DNA from: Protoeuglena noctilucae
Taxonomy: Eukaryota
DNA length: 64,000 nt
Reading direction: 5' to 3'
Assembly: GCA_958009085.1 (NCBI GenBank)
Contig: OY253674.1
Span: 558,001 to 622,000 of the forward strand
In this document: piece after piece, positions 39,601 to 50,645 of the stretch
Position numbering within the stretch: the first letter of the stretch is position 1
How the letters are laid out: each line of letters begins with the position of its first letter
Made by a program: the position numbers and the translations under genes
Notes under the pieces: model-generated
Database searches by the model: none
Seen by the model: the letters and a program-made list of their open reading frames with translations, nothing else
What the model was told of the DNA's origin: nothing

Positions 39601-42600
39601 ACCGAGGCGGGGACGCTGGCAGGGAGGCGACGGGAGCCGGAGGCTCAGACAGAGCGGGCGGAATGGGACTCTGCGGGGGCGCTGGCGCAGAGGGAGCTGG
39701 CCTTGAGCACTGCCGAGGCCAGGGTGCGGGAGCTGGAGAGCCAGCTGGCGTCTGTCGTGGCTGAGAGAGACGGGCTTGCGGGGGACCTCGAAGCGAGCCG
39801 TGTGCAGCTGGCGCGGGCGCGTGGGGAGGCATCTGAGGCGCAGGGTCTCTTGCGGGAGAGGGAGAGCGATGTGGCCGACCTGCGCGTTTCACTCGAGGAG
39901 CGGAGGGTGGCTTTGGCTCGGGCAGAGAGCTTCCTGGAGGACGCGCAGCGGAGAGCAGAGGATGCGGAGGGATGGGTCGCGGTGGCTGAGGCGAGGGCCG
40001 CCGAGTCAGAAGCGAGAGCGGAGGGAGCTGAGGCGAGGGCGGGGGATGCGGAGTCGAGGAGTGAGAGGGCAGAAGCGAGGGCTGCCGAAGCGGGTGCGAG
40101 GGCTGCCGAAGCGGTGGCGAGAGCCGAGGAGGCTGAGGGGAAGGCCGCCGAGATCGAAGCGAGGGCGGCTAAAGCAGAGTCAAGGGCTCGGGAGGCGGAG
40201 GCGAGGACGGTTGAGCTGGAGGCTATGGCTGCGGAAGCGGTGGCCAGAGCTCAGGGGGCGGAGGCGAGGGCGGCACAGGGGGAAGTGAGGGCTGCCGAGG
40301 CAGAGGCGAAGGTTCGGGAGAGCGAGGGCCGGGTCGCCGTGCTGGAGACGGCGGTGGCAGAGGCGGCGTGGAGAGCCTCGGAGCTGGAGGCGAGGTTGGC
40401 GTCGGCCGAAGGCGCCAGGGCGGAGGCGCATGCGCGCGCCAAGGCCCTGGCGGTGCGTCTGGAGGAGGCCGAGGGGCAGGTCCGAGCTCTGGAAGAAAGA
40501 CTGGAGCTCTTCTCCGTCCAGCACGTCGCTGTGGCGCGAGACCACGCGGCCTTGTCGGAGGAGTGCCGGGGCTTGCGCCGGGAGGCGGAGCGGCTGCGGG
40601 AGACGGCGACCGCTCGGGGGGTGGAGTGCGAAGAGCTGCGGGAGGTGCTGGCGCGTCGCGACAAGCGCGTATCGGAGCTAGAGCAGAGCCTGCGAGAGGC
40701 GGAGGGGGAGGTAGAGAGCCTCAGGGCGCGCGTCGGGGACGGGGAGGCCGGGGGTCCCGGCGAGTGGCTGCCAGAGACCAGTCGAGCCGAGGAGGCGCTG
40801 GGCCTGGCTCGGGAGGCGGTGGAGATGGCCATCGATGCGGCAGAGTGGTCGGCGAGGGACGCGACTCAATCTGACGACGAAGTGCAGCAGCTGGCGGGCG
40901 CGGCCGAGGGGTCGCTTGCTGGCGTCAGGGCCCTGCGGGCCGCTGCGGAGGCTGCGGAGATGCGCCTCGCGGCGGCAGTGGAGGCCCGGAGTGCGGCAGA
41001 AGCGCCCTCGGATGAGCTGGCGTCTCAAGTGCAACGTCTGGAAGCTCACTCGGCAGAGCTGGTGCGCGAGAGGGGGGCGGCAGTGTTAGCGGAGCGCGAG
41101 CGACAGGAGCGGGAGGTGGCGGAGGTGCGCAGGGAGGTGCAAGACCTGCAGAGAGCATTGCAGGAAGCAGAAGGTCAGTACCGCGACGCCCTCGCGCGCG
41201 TGGCGAGCCTGGAAGCGTCGGAGGTCCAAGCCAACGAGAGGGCGCATCAGTCGGCGGCAGTCGCGGAAGAGCTGCGGTGCCGTGTTCGAGCCATGGAGGA
41301 GGAGCTGTCCTTGGAGCGTGAGCGTGCGGCGGCGGCAGAGGCGGCGGGGGCAGAGCAGAGGGCGGCGCTGGAGGGAGAGGTCAGGGCGGCACGGGATGCA
41401 CGGGCGCGTGCGGAGAGTGACTTGGCGGAGGCACGCCGGGAGCAGGAGAGCGCCGGGATGGAACTGGAGGGCGCCCGCGAGAGGGTGCGGGCGCTCGAGG
41501 TCGACTTGGCGGGGCTGGCGGGGAGGGCCGAGGCTGCCGAGGCGCGGTGTGCGGAGCTGACGGGTGCCGTTGAGGAGCAGCGGGGGCTCACGGCGCAACT
41601 ATCGGAGGCGGCGGGCGCAGCTTCCGATGCGCGAGCCGACGCGGACGCGGCGCGCGCTGAGGTGGCGCGGCTGACTGGGGAGTTGTCGGCTGAGCGCACA
41701 CGGGCAGAGGAGAGCCGAGCAGCTGTGGAGAGGGCGGATGGCGCGCGGGCAGAGGCAATTCGGGACGCAGAAATGGCGCGAGAGGAGGCCGCGACGGCTG
41801 AGGCGGCTCGGTTGGCGGCTCAGGAGGCGGCGGAGGCACTGCAGTCGGCGCTGCGTGAGTCAGACGGTGCACGTGCGCGGGCAGAGGAGGCCGCGGACTG
41901 TGCCGGGCAGTCGCTGGCTGCGAGCGAGGCGCGGGTGGCAGAGCTGGAGCGGCAGGTGGAGGCCACGCGAGCGCTGCGGGACTCTCAGTCGGCCGATGTG
42001 GAGGAGGTGCGCCTTGCGATCAATGACCTGGCCACGCACCTGCTGGGCGCCGAGGGTCCACATGGAGCCATCGATGTGGGTCTGCTGTCTCCGGACGATG
42101 TCGAGGGAGTGGCATCTGAGGCGACGCAGGCGGTGTCGTGCCTGGCCGAGCGCCTGGCATCCCTCGCCCGGGACTGCCAGGCGCATGAAGACCGCAACGA
42201 GGCCCTGCAGCGGGAGTTGGAGGGCATCCGCGAGCAGGGCCGCGCCGCGGACGCCCTGGCTGCCAGGCACGCGGCGGAGACTGCCTGCACCGTCGGGGCT
42301 CTGCGCGCGGAGGTGGCAGAGCTGTCGCGGCAGCTGGAGGCGACACGTGGGGAGGTCGCAGAGGCACAGAGCCTGGCAAATGAGGAGCGCGCTTTACGGG
42401 AGGAGGCTGAGAGGGCGCGGCTCGCGTCGGAGGGCCGGGTGGCGGCAGCCGGAGAGACGGTCGGTGTGACACTGGCGGTGCTGGCAGAGGCAGAGGCGGT
42501 GGCGTCTGGAGTGCTTGCGGCAGCCCAGGCGGACGCGCAGTGCTACGAGGCTGCAGCGAGAGAGGCCGACCTAGTAGCGCGGCGGTGGGAGGGGCTGCTG

Positions 42601-45600
42601 GAGGAGGTGGCTGTGGCGAAGGACGCTGCGGAGGGTGCGAGGATGCGCGCAGAGCAAGCAGAGGCGGCGCTATCGGCGGGGGATCAGGAGGTGGCGGGGC
42701 TGCGGGATGAGCTGCGCAGGGCAGAGGCGGCGCTGTTAAGCAGGGCCCACGAGGTGGCTGGGCTCGCCGAGGAGGCAGCGGCTCTGCAGGCGAAAGCCGC
42801 CGAGGCCGAGGCCCGCGCTTCAGCATCTGGGGAGCGCGTGCGGGAGCTGGAGAGCCTCCTGGTCGCCAAAGAGCGCGAGGCGACTGCGGCGCTGGCGGCT
42901 GCGGAGCACCGGGCTGCTGCTGAGGTGGCTGACTTGCGCGCGGCGACGGAGGCCGCCCAGGAGTCAATGCGAGCGGAAGCGGCGGCGGCGATGGAGAGGG
43001 TGGAGGAAGCACTCGCGCAGCGCCAAGAGGTGCAGACCGAGCTGGGCCGGGCGAGGGCGGAGGTGCGGGGCCGTGACCGTGCTCTGGTGGCCCTGGGGCA
43101 GCGGATGGCGGAAACGGCTCTCGCGGCCATCGGCGGCAACGACGCAGGCCCAGATCCCGTGTTTGAGAGGATGTCGTCGCTGGCAGACCGCGCCCTCGCG
43201 GAGGCAAGGCAGGCGGCTGCGAGTGCGCGGGCCCAGACGCGCGTGGGTCCGTCTGGGCCGAAGCCGGAGGTCGTCCTCGCTGCCAAGCTCAGTGAAGCTG
43301 TTCAGAAGGCCAAGGTGATGCAGGCCAAGTGGCAGGAGGCTGATCACCGGGCTTTGGGTGCGGAGAATCGGCTGTCCAGTGCGCGCGAGCAATTGGAGAA
43401 AGTGCAGGGGGTCTTCATGGATGTGGAAGCTCGTATGGTGACCCTAACGGAGGCACTGCGGGAGATGCTGGGTGAGGCAGATAGTCTCCAGGCTGCGGTC
43501 CTGGGAATGGGGGCCAGCGCTGCTGATGGGCAGGGAGACGCGGCGGCCGCCGTGCCGGGTGCCATGGAGGGTACGGTGGCCGATGAGCAGCCCGGGGCAG
43601 GGGTGCCCGGCGGTCTGGACGGGTGGGGCGACGCGGCCTTGGGCACGGGGGATGGGTGGGAGGGGGCGGGGGCGCTATGGAGTGAGCCGGAAGCCGCGGT
43701 GCCACTGGCGTCGGTGGGTCTGCCGTCCAGCTCTGGTGTGCCAGGGTTGCAGCGCGGGGCTGGAGTCTTCGAGGCCGCGTTAGAGAGACTGGTGCTGCCC
43801 GCACGGTGCGAGGCGGCCGAGGCGCTGCTGCGTCAGCTGCGGGATCGGTGGCAGCTGTGCCGGCAGCAGGTGGATGCGGTACCCGGTCATCGCATCCAGC
43901 GCGACGACGCTGCTGCTCCAGAGCGGCTCTCTGACCAGGAAGTGTCGAGAGCAGAGGAGCGCGGCTGTGACGCCTCCGGACATGCGGAGGGCCAGGGGGA
44001 TGCCGTCAAAGCTTCGCGACTCGTGGAGCTGGAGGCCGAGGTAGCTGAGCTGCATGAGGAGCTGGAACGGCGCATGGCAGAGGCTCGGGAGGCGGAGGCT
44101 CGCGGGGCGGAGTTGCGAGCGAGGGCAGAGCGGGCGGAGAGCGCGCTGCAAGCACAGGAGGGGCGGGAGACGGAGGCGAGGGAGGCGCTGAGGGCCATGG
44201 GTGCGGCATCGGAGCAAGAGCGTGACGTGATGAGGGCCGAGCTGGCGTCGGCACAAGGCCTCGCGGTGGCTGCGCAGGCGGAGGCGACGGCTCTGCGGGC
44301 GGAGGTGGAGCGGCTGCGGGCGGAGTTGGAGGGTGCTTGTAACGCGATGCAGGCGGCGGAGGACGGGGCGCGGGCGGCGTCCGAGGCGGCGTCCGCTCGG
44401 CTGCGCGCGGCGGTGCGGTCGCTCAAGCGGGGGATCCAAGAGGCGCATCGGGAGCGGGACGAGGCGCAGGGGCAGCTCGCGGCGTGCCAGGCGGCGCTGG
44501 CGGAGGCATCCACCGAGCTGGCGACGTCCCGAGAGGATCTGTCGCGGTGTCAGGAAGCCTTGGGCGATAGGGAGCGGCAGCTGGAAGACGCGCGGGAGGA
44601 GCTGCGGGTGGCGACCGCAGCCTTGGCGGAGGCGCGGCAGGGTCTCGTCATCGACTCCCGGTCCTCAATAACAGTGCCGGGGTCGTCTCTTGCGCCAGCG
44701 ATGGACAGAGCCGAGGGCGCGGCGGAAGGGGGCGCGCCCGCTGCGTCTGTCGGCACGCCTGCGTCACAAGCGATGCCCCTGGTCGACATGCGAGGCACGA
44801 CTGTGTACGGCATCGCATCAGATGGGAGCGCAGGCGGCCACCATGCTCCAGAGCCCACAGCTGCTGTCGACCCATGGGGCGTTGGAAGTCCGATGGGTGG
44901 CAAAGACGGCATGCCCGCTGAGAGCGCGTCTGACGGGTGGGACCTGGGCACCTCCTCAGTCTTTGCGTCCCCCAGCCCGCTCTCGCAGGCCCGGCGGGGT
45001 GCCGCAGAGCGCCCAGGCGCAACCGAGTCCCTCCCCTTCGGGGCCGACTGGGGTCAGGACGAGGTGCCTGGGGGCGCTGAGGGTTGGGGTGGGGTCGCGT
45101 TTAAAAACCCTGTGTTTGACGACGCGCCTGCTGAGTCGCCAGGAGGGCCCCGGGAGGGCAGGCCGGTCCCGACCGAGGGTCTCACAGCCGCCGAGCCGAC
45201 AGCCGCGCTGGCGGAGCGCGTCAGGGAGCTGGAGTCGGAGCTGCTGGCTCTGTGCGAGTCGCTGGCCGCCGCGCAGACTGCGCGCGACGACTTGGAGAGG
45301 GCGGCGGAGGGGCTGCGTGCGGCTGCGGAGGACGCGGCAGCGAGGGCGGGGGCGGCGGAGTGCGAGGGGCGCGCGTGGAGGGAGAGGGCCGCGGCAGCGG
45401 AGCGCGAGGGTGCAGCTGCGGCTGAGGACCTGCGGGCGCAGGCGGCGGCGAGCGAGGCGGCGCGGCGTGATGCGGAGGCAGCGCTGCAGGAGCTGCAAGC
45501 GCGTCTCGACGCAGTGACGAAGCAGCGCGACAACTTGCAGCGCGCGGTCCGGCTGCTGCGGGACGGCGCCGACGCATCGCGCGAGGCTTTGGAGGCGAGC

Positions 45601-47725
45601 CAGACCCGGACGGCTGCTCTCGAGGCGGAGTTGGCTGGCGTGACAGAGCGCCTCTCAGAGTCAGAGGGCCGCACCGCTGCACTGGAGGCACAGCTGGCGG
45701 AGGTGGCATTGCAGCTGGAGAGGAGCCAAGCTGATGCGAAGGAGGCGCTAGTTACGACTGCAGCTCAGGAGGGCTCTGGGTTGGCAGAGGCCGAGGGCGT
45801 GATTGGCGAAGAGCACACCAGGGATGCCGTACAGTTGCAGGCGCTGGAAGAGGCCCTGGCCAGTGCCCGGGCGGAGGCGGAGGCTCTGCGCGTTGATCTG
45901 GCGGCCGCGACGGAGGCGTGGGCGACGTCGCAGCGGCGGGAGGAAGCAGCGGCCGCGGCGCTGAGTCAGGCGATGGGGAAGCTGGAGGGACTCCGGGCGC
46001 AACTGGTTGATCGTGCGGCAACGGCGGCGGAGGCGACGGCAGCTCAGGACGAGGCGCAGCGCTTGCGGGAGCAGCTGGACCGCGCCACGGCTGACCTGGA
46101 GAGCGAGCGGCGGCGGGCGGAGGGCGCCGAGGCGCATTTGGCGGAGGCGCAGAGGTCCGCTGAGCAACTGCGGCGACGGCTGGGGCGGGAGGAGCAGCGC
46201 CGTGCGGATGCCGAGCGTCGCGTGGCAGACCTCGAGTCAGCGCTGGCAGCGGCCCGGCGCGAGGCCTCTGCTCTGCGGGACGGGCTGGAGCAGGAGTGGG
46301 CGCGCGTGGCGGCGTTGCGGACCGAGGCGGCAGCGGCCGAGGGCGCATCGGCCACGCATGGGCAGGCGCCGCTGGCGGAGGTGGATGCCGAGCGCCACGC
46401 GTTGGCGACGACCCTGGGCGAGCTCAGGTGCGCCGGTGGCGGTGAATGCGCCCCAGTAACTGCGCACCTGTCGTCTGTCTGCCGCTGCAGCTTTGACACA
46501 CTCCTTGGCCCGCCTCGCCCTCGCAGGGTCAAGATCGTCGATGCCGAGACGCGCCTCGAGGTCCACCGCGCGTCCACGGAAGCCGCAGCTGAGCTGGAGG
46601 GCGTGGCTGCCGGTCTTGAGGACGCCCTCAGGGCTCTCGCCAGTGCGATGGCAGGCGAGGGCGGCGTGCGCTGCGTCGGAAAGCGCTCTGCGTGGCGCTG
46701 CGCCACTTGATTCCGTCCGGGGCCGCAGTGGCGTAGGATGGACCTGCTCTGATCTCCGCGAACCGCAGATGAAGCTGCAGGGACGGAGCATGGTTTGAGG
46801 CAGAGCCAGGACGGAGAGCGGGCCACGCTGCGCGAGGCTGCCGAGGCCGCCTGCGCTCTAGCGGGCGAGCTGGCGGACCGCGCGGAGAGCGTCAGGGCTG
46901 GCGTTGCCAAGGGTGTGGTCCACGGGGCGCTGGGCGCCACAGCGGCGGCTTGCCGGGCGGCTGCAGACGTCGGGCGACTGGTGGCTGAAGCCCAGAGGCG
47001 TCAGGCCGCGCGCAGGCGCCCCTCTGCCCCCGCGTCGCCGAGAGCGGCCCGGGCAGTGGCGGAGGAGGCCCTCCCACGGGCCAAGAACGATCCTCCCTTC
47101 GGCAGCCCAGCTGGGAAGAGCGTGCGGCGGCGCCCTCAGGAGGACCCGGGGGACATTGAGATGGGCGTGGCACGCGGAGCAAGCGCAGAGGACAGGACAG
47201 GAGGCGGGGCGGCGGCGGGGACGCTTGGCGGCGCTGTTGCTGGCATGGGTGCCGCGCTGCCGTGGCTGCGTGGCCTGTTCGCTGGCAGGGGAGCCGAAGC
47301 GGACCAAGCGGATGGTGACGTGGCGCGCAAGGTCCCTGGAGTGGGGTCTGGGGTGGGTGGGTCCGCTGCACAGCCCTCTGCCGATCGGAGCGGGCCGGAG
47401 GCGTCTCTGGTGTGGTTGCGCGGGGCGGGGTCGACTCTGCGTGGTGCGGTGGAAGCGACGGACCGCGCGACCGCGGGGGCCACCAAGCACGTCTGCACCT
47501 CTCCTGGCACGCGCGTGGCGGCGTTGGGTTACACAGGTGACAACAGGCGGCGTTTGCGTTGTGAGGTGTAAGGTCGGCAAGCTGGCATCTTGTCGCTGTC
47601 GCCAATCCGCCTTACGCTTCTCTGCGCCTGCAGTTGCGTTGCATCTGATTTTGCTTTGGTCAGTGACATCGTCGCACGGCTGCCCCTCAAGTATGGGCTC
47701 GCTTTCAGGGGCCGGGGCAGGCTAG
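36665..47725 (+). CDS. Giant (~3,000 aa) coiled-coil, tail-anchored golgin-type tether (TNO1/CASP/golgin-84/giantin-like TMD)
   Basis: MAATGERK|LAEFRRAK start; ERLKAAVKKGKTIE motif; a 7.5-kb exon (38914-46427) of E/A/R heptads; last intron 47537-47633 yields the C-terminal TMD RVAALGYTVALHLILLW with a Y-x3-LH signature. Confidence 0.8.
39985..40330 (+). repeat. Degenerate 21-bp (7-aa, AEARAxE) coding repeat array
   Basis: AEARAAE SEARAEG AEARAGD AESRSER AEARAAE AGARAAE AVARAEE... Confidence 0.8.
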
Positions 47726-47852
47726 CGACGCCTCTGCATTTGTGCAGTGCACTTTTGATTCACCAGGTAGCTGCCGCATCCTGCTTTGCCCCATCGGGCG
47801 TGCTGCTAGGTTTGACCCCAATTGAAGCAAAGACAGGTCGCAGTGCGCAGCG

Positions 47853-49441
47853 TCAAGCGGGGACCAAAGCGGGCTCAGCCACGTCGCGTGCCGCCTCGGG
47901 GGCAGCGACGTTGCCCGGAAGCTGATCGAAGGCAATAACGTGGTTGGCCACCCAGTACGCCGCCCAGTCCTTGAGCCCGCTTTGGGAGATGTCCACTTTG
48001 CGGTACTCAGACTCGAGCCACCCCAGCATCGCGGGCAGCGTGAGGTCGATGGTGGCCTGGCACGACAGCCGGCCACCGCCGCACAGCAACCTGAAGCGAG
48101 GAACGATGCAGGTGGCGTGCGTCGCAGACAAGACAGAGACAGTGGCTGTGTGCAGCCCACTCCCTGGTGTACGCCCAGTGCTGTGTACGACTGAGATAGG
48201 TAGTAAAATACCAAGACGCCCCCTCACCGGTAGGCCTGGCGCCATGGCTGTGGCGGGAAGACGAAGTGTGCGTGGCCCGCGTCCACGACGAGCTCGAACC
48301 AGCTCCCAGGGCCAATCACGCGGTGGAACTCCTTCCAGTTGCGCCCCTCCGGGTTGCATCGGCCCGTCACACCGGCGCCGACAAGTCCCAGAGCCATGCC
48401 TGGGGTGGGCGGGGCCAGGGTGCTTGTCATGGGCGATAACAACAGCATCTCTTGGGAGAGCATCGAGTGTGGGTGGGTGCAGTGGGCGGGCAAGTGCAGA
48501 GGGCCCCCTGTGGCTCAGTCACCTCGGTCCTTCAGGGCAGCGACGGCGGAGGGCGACTGGGAGCCTCCGTCGCTGTCGACGGGGTCGACCAGGAAGGCGG
48601 TGGCAGAGATGCCCTCAGCGGCATGCAGCGCCGCCATCTTGCCGCCCCGGCTGTGCCCCGCCGATGCCAGGCGCGTCGCATCCAGGAGTGAAGCGTCGAA
48701 CCCTGCGCGAAGGGAGCGCCTTGCCCACCGCTAGGCAGCAAGTGGTCTCACAAATGACACACCCTAACCCTACTCTAGCCGATTGCGAAGTGGTACAAGC
48801 GCAGGGGCTCACAGACGACACTGACCATCCGTGCGAACCCCGCCCAGCAGGCGAGAGTGCCCAAGCCATTGTGTCAGGCGCCGCGTACCTGGCGCCTGCG
48901 CAGCGAGGCTCGGGAGCGCCTCACGGATCACTCGCGCGTAGCCGCACTCCTCCTTGTCAGCCACCAGGCGGCCCGTGTCATATTGCACGACAAAGTAGCC
49001 GTGCGAGGCCAGGCGGGTGGCGTAGGGCACGTAGTCGCTGGCTGACATCATGAATCCCGACACGAAGAGTAAGGGAAGCACGGTCTTGGTGGCGTCGCTG
49101 GGGAACGTCAGCGTGAGCGCGAGCTTCTTTGCGCTGCTCCCCTCCGGCATCTCTAGCGAGGTGCGCCACGACTGTGGCTTGTAGGGGCCATCCTGGGCGA
49201 ACGTGCATGCCGGCGGGTCCCAGGCTGCGGGGAGGGCACCGGTGGTATGTGCATCGAGGTTTTGTGAGCCAGGAAAGAGGCAAAGATGGCATGGTGGAAC
49301 TGCGTGCTCCGGGAATGAGCGGATCAGCATCTGACCTTCCCCGCGACCTTGTTTTCGCAAAGATCCGACGGCCACGACGGATAGGAGCGCGACGGACACG
49401 CCGAGCAGGCCACGAGGGCCTGGGGCCCGGCGCGACGCCAT
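47853..49441 (-). CDS. Chlorophyllase-like alpha/beta hydrolase with N-terminal signal/anchor
   Basis: Hydrophobic N-terminus; LLFVSGF, YATRLASHGYFVVQYD, nucleophile AGHSRGGK, FLVDPVD, CNPEGRNW and AGHAHF. Confidence 0.8.
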
Positions 49442-50107
49442 GGCGTATCGCGACTGGTGTCGATCGAGGGCTTGAGGTCAGTCCCTTGTTTTTCCTCCTT
49501 AACAAGCGAGGGACTGCCGTGACATCAGCGACCCCTGCTGTTCACGTGAGGCCATGCGATCGTTGTTCTGGTGACGCGCGCGTGCCGCAGCGCCAGGGAA
49601 AGCCCGGCGTCGTTTACAGCCGCCGCGAGCTGCCCCCTCATAAGTTAACGCTGTGAAGCATCGCGAGTCTGCGGTTTGGGGTCCATCGCCGCGGCAAGGC
49701 GAACAGGAGTCCGGAAGTCTAGAAGGTGACCCGGATTGGGGGTCAGGCGGACTGTGTTGCCGGATCCGACAGTGTCAGGAGTTTATTTGCTTTCCGTTCA
49801 TCGTCATGGGATGGGATTTCGGGGAATGGGTGCTGCCGCCGCGCTGCAGCAGTGCCGCCTGCGCTCATGGCTTTCCCACCCGATTCTCGCTTCGTGCGGG
49901 CGCGGCATCGCCGACTCGTTGGCTCCGATGCATCATTCTTTCCCAAGTGCAACTCCTGTGCCGGGATCATTCCCGAACGGATTTTGTATAGTGCGCACAG
50001 CCTGGGTGCCTGCGTTACGTATATCACCCTCCGCTTCGGGGTACGCGCGGCTCCGTCTGCGAATCACGCTCGCCTATATCATCTCGTTGCCTGCAGCGGG
50101 GGCAGAG

Positions 50108-50526
50108 ATGTCGGCTGCGAAGCGGTTCATCCCCCTGCTGGACCGGGTTCTGGTGGAGAAGGTGAAGCGGGATGCCAAGACCGCCGCGGGCATTCTGCTG
50201 CCCGACACGGCTTCCAAGATGAACGAGGGGGTTGTCATCGCCGTCGGACCGGGGCGCGTGGCTCAGGACGGGAAGACCATTTCGCCCCAGCTCAAGGTGC
50301 CCACTGCGAGGGTAGCACAGCCTTTATCTGTGGCCCTGGGCGAGCTGCTCGTCCGCCAGCGTCGACAGTCGCGCGACACCGCGTGCGTGTGCTGAGTCAT
50401 ATCTGCCATTGCCCGCAGGAGGGTGACAAGGTGTTGCTTCCGGAGTTCGGGGGCTCGTCCTTCAAGTTCAATGGGAAAGACCTGACCCTTTACAGCCACG
50501 AGGAGATCCTTGGCAAGTTCGAGTAG
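50108..50526 (+). CDS. CPN10: 10-kDa chaperonin (mitochondrial HSP10/CPN10)
   Basis: KRFIPLLDRVLVEK...KTAAGILLP...VIAVGPG...K|EGDKVLLPEFGG; one coding intron and a probable 5'UTR intron 49726-50096. Confidence 0.93.
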
Positions 50527-50645
50527 GCGCGCAACGGGCAGGCCTTTCCAAAACCTTGAAGCGATGCACTCTCCCATGACTTGGGCCATTGAGTGGCCGC
50601 ACTGCATGCCTGCCCAAGCCGGCCTCCTGTGTTGGTCCGTTCCGC

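Noticed and set aside
39985..40330. Periodic 21-bp repeats as a possible CRISPR-like array
   Set aside because: In-frame heptad coding repeats without unique spacers, in a eukaryotic context with no cas genes.
37635..47605. Many long antisense or alternate-frame ORFs over the giant coiled-coil gene and elsewhere (e.g. 59596-61011 +, 51481-52977 +)
   Set aside because: Shadow ORFs caused by high GC and codon bias; low-complexity R/P/A/S translations with no domains.
48761..48772. Telomere-like ACCCTAACCCTA
   Set aside because: Only two units inside an intron; compatible with chance.
49710..49725. Heat-shock element upstream of HSP10 (GGAAGTCTAGAAG)
   Set aside because: Does not fit three correctly spaced nGAAn units.
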